NCBI GenBank assembly: GCA_964648765.1
Contig: CAZYLF010000001.1
Coordinates: forward strand, 480,632 to 544,631
Source: an uncultured Candidatus Saccharibacteria bacterium
GTDB taxonomy: Bacteria > Patescibacteriota > Minisyncoccia > Phycocordibacterales > JACOZG01
Reading direction: 5' to 3'
DNA: 64,000 bases
Made by a program: the position numbers and the translations under genes. Each line of letters begins with the position of its first letter. Within the stretch, counting starts at the first letter, position 1. The notes below the pieces were generated by a model. The model made no database searches and was not told the DNA's origin. It saw only the letters and a list, made by a program, of their open reading frames with translations. Positions 57,835 to 64,000 of the stretch are shown here, one piece after another.

Positions 57835-58094
57835 AGACGACAGAGATGCCTAGCGGTTCGAGTTGTCCGCATTGTAGTGGCCCAGTCTTAGCCGATATTG
57901 TGGCTGAGGAAGTGACACCGGCAGGGACAGCGGAAAAAGAAAAGATCACAAAGGTTTCTGCAACGTATCGATGCGCCAATGAGAACTGTGCGACGAGTTT
58001 CGCACACCCTCCCGGTCAACCAGATTGGTTACCGAATTTGAAGGATTCAATTATAAAAGAATTTGCCGGTAAGGTGACCGACAAAATGAAATAA
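57831..58094 (+). CDS. Small zinc-ribbon protein (87 aa)
   Basis: CPHCSG ... CANENC (CxxC-N41-CxxxC). Confidence 0.45.
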   Translation: MKTTEMPSGSSCPHCSGPVLADIVAEEVTPAGTAEKEKITKVSATYRCANENCATSFAHPPGQPDWLPNLKDSIIKEFAGKVTDKMK

Positions 58095-58106
58095 GTACGA
58101 CCCCTA

Positions 58107-58134
58107 CCCGCGCTACACCAGCGCGGGTTTTTTG
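58107..58134 (+). terminator. Rho-independent terminator
   Basis: CCCGCGCT...AGCGCGGG stem followed by TTTTTT. Confidence 0.7.
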
Positions 58135-58232
58135 TATCTTAAAATTGACTGGCACTTATATAAATGGTAGTTATTTAAGTGGAATTAGTAAGAAACCAAT
58201 GTGGTTTCTTTGACATAGTTTTTGGGTAGAAA

Positions 58233-58934
58233 GTGAGGAATAGTATGTTACCAAGTAGCGCAAAAACCTCTTTGGAACTCCGCACAGAGGCGGCAACACT
58301 TCGTTTTTTGGGTAACCAAATAAGAGAGGGTACCCCCATTTGCGAAGCAATCACAGAAACAGTAAAAAACTTCCCTGATTTTTCGGAAGCTCTCCAGACC
58401 GCCCTTCATCAAATCCGGGAGGGAGACTCATTCCATACTGGCTTGATTGGTTATGAATGGTGCTTCCAAGATTTTGTCCCCGGTATGATCGGAATTGGGG
58501 AAGAAACAGGTCTACTGGACGTGACGTTACTCCAAGCGGCTAATTTAGTCGATCAAATGGCCACCGTGGTTGAGGGCGGAAAGAAGTCCAGTCGAGATCA
58601 GATTGCAGCCATGATTGACTTTTGGATGCTCGCGGAACTCATGAGCGCCGGTTTACCCCTTGTGCGCTGTTTCGAAATTTTGGAACAGACGTCAAGAAGT
58701 CGCTCAAAGAGTTATTGGGGTGTTTTGAGTGGTATGATTGCGCACCAGAGCCTGAGTATAGTAATGGGTTGGCATGCTGAGCACTATCTCCTATTCAACA
58801 CAAACGATGTGAGTAAAATGTTTCAAGTTGAAACCAAGTATATGGCTGATCATGAGGCCCGACGCAAAGATGAGCTACGACCGCAAGTGATCCGAGATAT
58901 TTACGAACGACATTATAAGGAGATCTTCGGTTAG
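58233..58934 (+). CDS. Truncated PilC/GspF-like protein (single T2SSF domain, no TM platform)
   Basis: FPDFSEALQ...FVPGMIGIGEETGLLDVTLLQAANLVDQ matches the F-P-x-(L/M)-x3-(M/I)-x3-GE-x-(S/T)G-x-LD core of T2SSF domains. Second-repeat start AELMSAGLPLVRCFEILEQ. Only 233 aa. Confidence 0.45.
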   Translation: MRNSMLPSSAKTSLELRTEAATLRFLGNQIREGTPICEAITETVKNFPDFSEALQTALHQIREGDSFHTGLIGYEWCFQDFVPGMIGIGEETGLLDVTLLQAANLVDQMATVVEGGKKSSRDQIAAMIDFWMLAELMSAGLPLVRCFEILEQTSRSRSKSYWGVLSGMIAHQSLSIVMGWHAEHYLLFNTNDVSKMFQVETKYMADHEARRKDELRPQVIRDIYERHYKEIFG

Positions 58935-59063
58935 TAATAACCGACCAGCTCAGAATTTAGAACCGCTTTGGCAAACACCAAAGCGGTCTTTTTTTGTTCA
59001 TGTAAATATGCTAAAGTGCATTTGGAAATTGGTCTCGAAACGCTCTCTTGAAAGGAGGGGTAT

Positions 59064-59333
59064 ATGTGCCAACATCAGGCCAATGGAGAAAGAAGCTTCT
59101 GGATCTTGTTGTGGGTAGTTACTATGTTTACGTCCGCAATTCCCTTTGCTAGGGGCGAGCGTGGAATACTCGACAAGGTTGGACTAGGAATCGGTATTCT
59201 CATGGCAGTCATTCTAATTCTGGGTTTTGCTTTTGAATTTTATTGTCACAGGCATCCAGAATTTGTAGAACAAATGGAAAATGAATTTCAAAATGAGGAA
59301 GAAGAGCGGCGAAAAAAACTAGAGACCAAATGA
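59064..59333 (+). CDS. Small 2-TM membrane protein (89 aa) with charged C-terminus
   Basis: GAAAGGAGGGG RBS; two hydrophobic helices; terminator follows. Confidence 0.4.
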   Translation: MCQHQANGERSFWILLWVVTMFTSAIPFARGERGILDKVGLGIGILMAVILILGFAFEFYCHRHPEFVEQMENEFQNEEEERRKKLETK

Positions 59334-59354
59334 AGAAGTAGTGTCCCTACACAC

Positions 59355-59385
59355 AACCCGTCATTAATTTGGCGGGTTTTTTTAT
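59355..59385 (+). terminator. Rho-independent terminator
   Basis: ACCCG...CGGGT stem followed by TTTTTTT. Confidence 0.5.
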
Positions 59386-59429
59386 TTAACATTCTTTTCA
59401 CGACCGTTAAAACATTACACACTTTACAT

Positions 59430-59468
59430 AAAAAAACGGCAACGAGTCACATAGTGAATCATTGCCGG
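59430..59468. repeat. Direct repeat copy 2; also acts as minus-strand terminator of the glycogen-synthase-like gene
   Basis: AAAAAAACGGCAACGAGTCACATAGTGAATCATTGCCGG. On the minus strand this is a hairpin followed by a T-run, 3' of ORF 59610..60812. Confidence 0.7.
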
Positions 59469-59609
59469 TTATAAATAAAGTTGAGGGGGAAGCAGTGGCA
59501 ATAAGCCTCACTAGGCACCAGATAAAGGCCCTAATCTCCCGCAATCCCCCCCTATCACATCTGAATCTAATATATTATAAAAAAATATTTTTGCAATATT
59601 TTAATAGCT

Positions 59610-60812
59610 TTATCTCGTCACCTGCTGATAAATCCCTAAACACTTCTTGGCCGATTCAAGCCAGGTGGTGCGGCGAGCTTCGGCTTCGCCGTGGAGAGCC
59701 AAAGTGCGCTGAAGTGGCGCGTGATTAATAACGCTTAAAATTTTATCGGTCATATCATCAATATCCCAAAAGTCTGCCTTAAGCGCATGTTTGAGCACCT
59801 CGGCCACGCCAGATTGGTTAGAAACTAAAACCGGCGTGCCATTCACCAACGACTCAAGCGGCGTAAGTCCAAACGGTTCGGAGATGGAAGGGAGCACATA
59901 AAGATCAGCCGAAGCATAAAGATCATTTAACTCTTGCCCGCGCAAGAAGCCACAGAAGATCACGCGGTCAGAAATGCCAAGCCGCGCGGCGTCATCAATG
60001 GTTTGCCTTTCCATATCGCCTGAACCGGCGACAATAAAATATACTTTCGGATTAAATTCTAAAACTCTTTTCGCCACTTTTATAAAATAATCGGGACCTT
60101 TTTGGAGGGTAAGACGACCAACAAACAGTACGATTTTATAACCCGCCTCTTTTAATTCTTTCAATCTCACATTTTGTCCGCGATATTCATCAGAGTCGAT
60201 CCCGTTGTGGACTACTTCAATTTTATGTTCCGGAATGCCGTAATGCTTCATCACGATATTTTTGGTCCAACGACTTATAGCAATCACCTTATCAGCCAGA
60301 GTCATCCCAGCCTTCTCAATTTCATAAACTTGCTGGTTTACTCCACTGCCACCCGTGCGATCAAACTCCGTGGCGTGAACATGCACCACTAACGGTTTAC
60401 CACTCAATTTCTTCGCCATCATACCGGCCGGGTACGCCAACCAATCGTGCGCGTGGATCACATCAAACTTTTGATTTTTAATTACTGCGCGCGCCCGCTC
60501 ACCATAAAGCCGCACCTCATCGATTAAATTGCGACCATAAATACTTGGTCCACTACCTCTGATCTCCCCGTACTTTTCTGAAGTAATGTAGGGGTAAACT
60601 AAAGTGTCGACTGTTTGGAGCGAGAACTTCTGAATATCAGCGAAGATCATTTTCATAAAGTCGGCACTCACATCCACTCTTTTTGGGAGCACGAAGATCA
60701 CCTCGGTGGGTAAGGTGCACATGGCTTTAGTTAAGCCAAAGCAAGCTGTGCCTAATCCCCCACTATTATGAGGGGGGAACTCCCAGCCAAACATTAGAAC
60801 CTTTAAATTCAT
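59610..60812 (-). CDS. Archaeal-type glycogen/starch synthase-like glycosyltransferase (GT-B, GT4/GT5-like)
   Basis: N-terminus KVLMFGWEFPPHNSGGLGTA resembles archaeal GlgA; C-terminal E-x7-E GT-B motif (EPFGLTPLESL); sits beside GH57/GH15 genes. Confidence 0.6.
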   Translation of the reverse strand: MNLKVLMFGWEFPPHNSGGLGTACFGLTKAMCTLPTEVIFVLPKRVDVSADFMKMIFADIQKFSLQTVDTLVYPYITSEKYGEIRGSGPSIYGRNLIDEVRLYGERARAVIKNQKFDVIHAHDWLAYPAGMMAKKLSGKPLVVHVHATEFDRTGGSGVNQQVYEIEKAGMTLADKVIAISRWTKNIVMKHYGIPEHKIEVVHNGIDSDEYRGQNVRLKELKEAGYKIVLFVGRLTLQKGPDYFIKVAKRVLEFNPKVYFIVAGSGDMERQTIDDAARLGISDRVIFCGFLRGQELNDLYASADLYVLPSISEPFGLTPLESLVNGTPVLVSNQSGVAEVLKHALKADFWDIDDMTDKILSVINHAPLQRTLALHGEAEARRTTWLESAKKCLGIYQQVTR

Positions 60813-60821
60813 GATGTGTCA

Positions 60822-62564
60822 TCAAGGTGCAATGTCCTTGATCTCTTTTCGGACAAGCTTCTCTGCTTCATTTAGATCACTCTTCAACCTATGCATTATT
60901 TTGGTCTCTTCGTCTGTTAAAGCGCGAGCAATTTTAGTTTTTTCAAGTATCTTCAAATGTTCCTGCAGATCTTCTCGTAAAATATCAAACGCTTTCTCAA
61001 GTGTTGTTTGCGCCTCACCTACCTCTTTACGCACATGATACTTATAACGCCTTGCCTGTCGCCAACTTGAAAGAATTAATAAAATCAAGATTAAGAGTAA
61101 GGCGAGCATTGGGATGAACAAGGTCAAAAAGTTTACCGTCCAATTACTTACCCTATTTAACCAGCTACGCTCCACCACAATTATTACTGGATCGCTACGT
61201 AAACTCTTTACACCATTTTGTTTGGTGACAATACCTGAAAAAAGGTAAACGCCATTTTTAAGTGACTTGGCATCAAAACTAAAAGCAAACTCACCGTTAT
61301 CATCACTTGTGACTTTTTGCTCAATTTCCCTTTCAGCATTTCGGCCGTAGTAGATTGTGACTTCTGAATTCAGATAAGTACGTCCCTTAATAGTAGCCAC
61401 TTCATCGGCGGCAATTCGGGATGGATATTCAGTAAATAATGGTGGGTTGATTGATTCAACTTCGATATCTAAATAGTCTGTAAGGTAATTACCGGCAAAG
61501 TCGATAGCGCGGGCAATTATAGTATGCTTGCCACTTGGCAGATTGTCGGCTTGGTAAATTGTTTTGCTGCCATTCTCAACATCTATCTGTGCAGGAATAA
61601 TTATGGCTTCACCATCACCAACTTTAATTTCATATTCTTTAATACCAGAGCCGCTATCGCTTGCACTTAGACTAAATCGCACAAAGGCCTCTGAATTATC
61701 CGATCTTGGGATTTCTTCAAACTCAAAAGTTTCTGGTTTAAGTGTGTCAATTTGGAAGCGAAAGTGAGAAACTGGGCCCCAACCAGCGGCATTACGTGCT
61801 TGAGCATGGAAGTAGTACGCGCCATCTTTAACATCAGGTAGAGCTTTTTCAGTTAGACGATAGTCATAAAACACACTTGGCTGGGAAGCTGCGTTTCTGT
61901 CGTATAGCAGTCTTACGGCCAACACGTCACGTGGCAGACTCCAATTAAATTCTGGGTCACTGTTTGCATACCAATTATCTGGTTCGGCGTGAGTGTCGGA
62001 TTTAATTACAATAGCTGATGGCAAAGTCCCCGCAATTGGCGCAGTTGGAGTAACTGGCACGGGAGTCGTAAGTAAACCCGGAGTCGGTCCAATTACAAAA
62101 TTTGCTGTACCAAGATTGGTGAGCACATTTGTGCCAAGTCCGTCATTAGCAAGCACCGCGCCTTGAGAGAACTTTAAGCCGGCATTACCCTCAGCTTTGG
62201 CTCTAAAGGTTAAAGTAATTAAATTTGTGCCAACACCTTGATAGCCTGGATTTAAAATAATGCCCTCAAAACTTGCAGTGCCATTAGTGTTAGAGAATGT
62301 TGGTTCTTGTACCCATAAACCTATACCTTGTGACACTTTAACTAAGCTAACGAGAGTTAGTTTATCGGTAGGGAAAGAAATATTTGATTGGATGGCGTTA
62401 ACCGCCTTGTCGGTGCTGGCAACTAAAACAGAAACGGAAAATACGTCACCAATTTTGTAACTACCTGTGGCCGGAGTAAATCTAAGATCCGCTGCGTTAG
62501 TTACTGTTGTAAGACAAAACAGCAATATAATGAGCGCTGCTATTTTTATGATAAATTTTTCCAT
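60822..62564 (-). CDS. Large cell-surface protein: signal peptide, beta-rich ectodomain (cohesin-like?), C-terminal TM anchor + cytoplasmic coiled-coil tail
   Basis: Signal peptide MEKFIIKIAALIILLFCLTTVTNA; TM LTLFIPMLALLLILILLIL near the C-terminus followed by a charged tail. Confidence 0.45.
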   Translation of the reverse strand: MEKFIIKIAALIILLFCLTTVTNAADLRFTPATGSYKIGDVFSVSVLVASTDKAVNAIQSNISFPTDKLTLVSLVKVSQGIGLWVQEPTFSNTNGTASFEGIILNPGYQGVGTNLITLTFRAKAEGNAGLKFSQGAVLANDGLGTNVLTNLGTANFVIGPTPGLLTTPVPVTPTAPIAGTLPSAIVIKSDTHAEPDNWYANSDPEFNWSLPRDVLAVRLLYDRNAASQPSVFYDYRLTEKALPDVKDGAYYFHAQARNAAGWGPVSHFRFQIDTLKPETFEFEEIPRSDNSEAFVRFSLSASDSGSGIKEYEIKVGDGEAIIIPAQIDVENGSKTIYQADNLPSGKHTIIARAIDFAGNYLTDYLDIEVESINPPLFTEYPSRIAADEVATIKGRTYLNSEVTIYYGRNAEREIEQKVTSDDNGEFAFSFDAKSLKNGVYLFSGIVTKQNGVKSLRSDPVIIVVERSWLNRVSNWTVNFLTLFIPMLALLLILILLILSSWRQARRYKYHVRKEVGEAQTTLEKAFDILREDLQEHLKILEKTKIARALTDEETKIMHRLKSDLNEAEKLVRKEIKDIAP

Positions 62565-63388
62565 CAGCGACGTCTAAAAAATATTTTCAATGCCAAAAAG
62601 CCGAGACCAACGGCCATGATAATAATTATACTCCATAAAAAATATGGATGAAACGGAAAACTTGGATTACTGGGGTGGATAACTTCAATTTTTGAGTTTT
62701 CAAACTTATCTACGGCCTTGATATATACAAAACTACTCAAGTTTTGATCCTTTAACTCAGCTGGGCTAGTCACTTTTTGCCAATCTAAGCGCGATTCTCT
62801 GACCGGAAACCAACTTTGACCCTCTGCTATTTCGTAATGGTCAATACTGCTTTGTTTATCAACGGTTGAGAATACAATGAAATTTTTACCATCATATAAA
62901 TCCTCTGATTTAGAAATTAGTGGTGTAAACGACTCTGGAGGTAATAAATCAGTTACCTCTGTTTTATTATTAAGCTCTAAATTTACTAAGTTTTTAGCTT
63001 CTAAATTTTTAAAAACAACAACTGATTTTGTCCCTGCACCATCGTTAAGCAAAACTTCAGTATTTGTTTTGTCCCAACTTAGCGAATTCAATTTTGGCTC
63101 ACTCAGCATTGTAAGTGAAAAGATTTCGCCATTTTTGCCAACAAAGCCCCCCGGACGGATACCGGAAAAAACAAGTTTATTATCTATAATTTTAGGTTCT
63201 TCAAGCCAAAAATTAATAATTGAACTATTGATTTTCAAACTTTCTACTTTGGTTTGAGGCGAAAGGTAAATAGATCCAGAAATTGCATTTATAGATACTT
63301 CAGAATCTATATTAACTAACACTTCATATGTGCCACTCAAGTTCTTTAAAACTTTAAAATATAGTTCAGCCATAATTACCCAGTCCAA
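62564..63388 (-). CDS. Cell-surface protein with C-terminal TM anchor (beta-rich, cohesin-like?)
   Basis: C-terminal LWSIIIIMAVGLGFLALKIFFRRR anchor; start/stop overlap with both neighbours. Confidence 0.4.
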   Translation of the reverse strand: MDWVIMAELYFKVLKNLSGTYEVLVNIDSEVSINAISGSIYLSPQTKVESLKINSSIINFWLEEPKIIDNKLVFSGIRPGGFVGKNGEIFSLTMLSEPKLNSLSWDKTNTEVLLNDGAGTKSVVVFKNLEAKNLVNLELNNKTEVTDLLPPESFTPLISKSEDLYDGKNFIVFSTVDKQSSIDHYEIAEGQSWFPVRESRLDWQKVTSPAELKDQNLSSFVYIKAVDKFENSKIEVIHPSNPSFPFHPYFLWSIIIIMAVGLGFLALKIFFRRR

Positions 63389-64000
63389 TAATAAGCCATA
63401 ATACTAAAGTCGATCAGGTCAACTTTAGTATCGCCGTTTAATTGACCTGTCTCCTTAACTGCAAACTCTGTACTTAGTACTCGTTTATACCAGTACGCCG
63501 CAATAGAGAAATCAACTAGATTTACCTTACTATCGCAATTTAAATCTGCTTTTACTGCACACCCCGTAGGTTGCGCGCCAATTGGTATATTTTGAGTACC
63601 CACCTTAAATGCAGCCGCCACACCGAAGGCACTGATTTCACTCGAAGTTGCGGCTTTGGATTTTGCACTATGATCACCAAACTCAAGGGGCGCCGTATCT
63701 AAATTGTAGAGATAGATACCCGATGTGTCAGAATTAGTGTTAAAGAAAAATGGCACAGGAGAGTTTACGTTGATTGTTACATTGGCACTTGGAGTCGTTT
63801 GGCCAAAAATTGCTAAATTATCTCCTTGTTTTACTTCTTGTTTGTCTACCGCAAGCGTAGGGGTGATGAAAATCCCACTAATTTTCGTTACGGCACCACT
63901 TGTGATCTCAAGAGGAAAGGAGAAAAGGCTGGAACGTCTGCCAGCATTATCTTCTCCGTAAAGCGAAAAATTATAATCACCTGAAGAAAGACTAGTGAGC
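63376..64000 (-). CDS. Dockerin-repeat-containing protein, 5'-truncated by window edge
   Basis: The minus-strand frame stays open to position 64000 (manual translation ...NVTINVNSPVPFFFNTN...). The C-terminus carries two tandem 22-aa dockerin-like Ca-binding repeats: DLNCDSKVNLVDFSIAAYWY and QLNGDTKVDLIDFSIMAYYW. Confidence 0.5.
   Translation of the reverse strand, partial: LTSLSSGDYNFSLYGEDNAGRRSSLFSFPLEITSGAVTKISGIFITPTLAVDKQEVKQGDNLAIFGQTTPSANVTINVNSPVPFFFNTNSDTSGIYLYNLDTAPLEFGDHSAKSKAATSSEISAFGVAAAFKVGTQNIPIGAQPTGCAVKADLNCDSKVNLVDFSIAAYWYKRVLSTEFAVKETGQLNGDTKVDLIDFSIMAYYWTG

Noticed and set aside
1-64000. CRISPR arrays, rRNA genes, transposases/IS elements, prophage structural genes
   Set aside because: No short direct repeats interspaced with unique spacers, no rRNA-like conserved stretches, and no transposase/integrase-like ORFs or terminal inverted repeats were seen on either strand.

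Overview
The window is a low-GC (roughly 40%) stretch of a small-genome bacterium, dominated by housekeeping genes. Reduced-size aminoacyl-tRNA synthetases (ProS 418 aa, GluRS 428 aa, AspS 465 aa) and a dockerin-bearing surface protein suggest Patescibacteria/CPR; that placement is inference. Cell-envelope and division genes include mreB (two copies), mreC, mreD, the PBP2 gene mrdA, mraZ, rsmH, ftsL, the PBP3 gene ftsI, murF, mraY, ftsW, murG, a dacA-like carboxypeptidase gene, an M23 peptidase and a GH23 lytic transglycosylase. Translation genes are frr, proS, lysS, cysS, gltX, aspS, trpS, tgt, rplU, rpmA, rplI and a tRNA-Glu. Replication and repair genes are dnaB, recR, rmuC, uvrA, uvrB, scpA, scpB and a holB-like clamp-loader subunit. 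An alpha-glucan cluster (GH15, GH57 and an archaeal-type glycogen synthase-like gene) is also present. Embedded in this backbone are several accessory islands of elevated GC (judged by eye):
1. A four-gene minus-strand cassette at 16.45-18.8 kb, in which three of the four genes are followed by the same A-tract/hairpin terminator; it sits where the dcw cluster is broken.
2. A set of small secreted and 2-TM protein genes at 40.6-43.7 kb, 46.1-47.4 kb and 50.1-50.4 kb, driven by promoters sharing a TTGACAAA(T/C) -35 motif. The set includes a segmental duplication that carries a relic of the aspS 3' end, and a high-GC PEP-CTERM protein with no exosortase in the window.
3. A roughly 2 kb insertion at 57.4-59.5 kb between the glycogen-synthase-like and GH57 genes. 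It is flanked by about 38-bp direct repeats, contains a perfect 13-bp palindrome, and carries a zinc-ribbon protein and a truncated PilC/GspF-like (T2SSF) protein.
4. At the right edge (60.8-64.0 kb), three consecutive surface-protein genes; the one running off the window ends in a tandem dockerin-like repeat, consistent with a cohesin-dockerin-type cell-surface assembly.
Gene order also indicates two nested inversions, roughly symmetric about about 27.7 kb: one splits murF from mraY-ftsW-murG and the other splits rplU from rpmA. They lie next to a 560-bp noncoding region with GC-rich hairpins.
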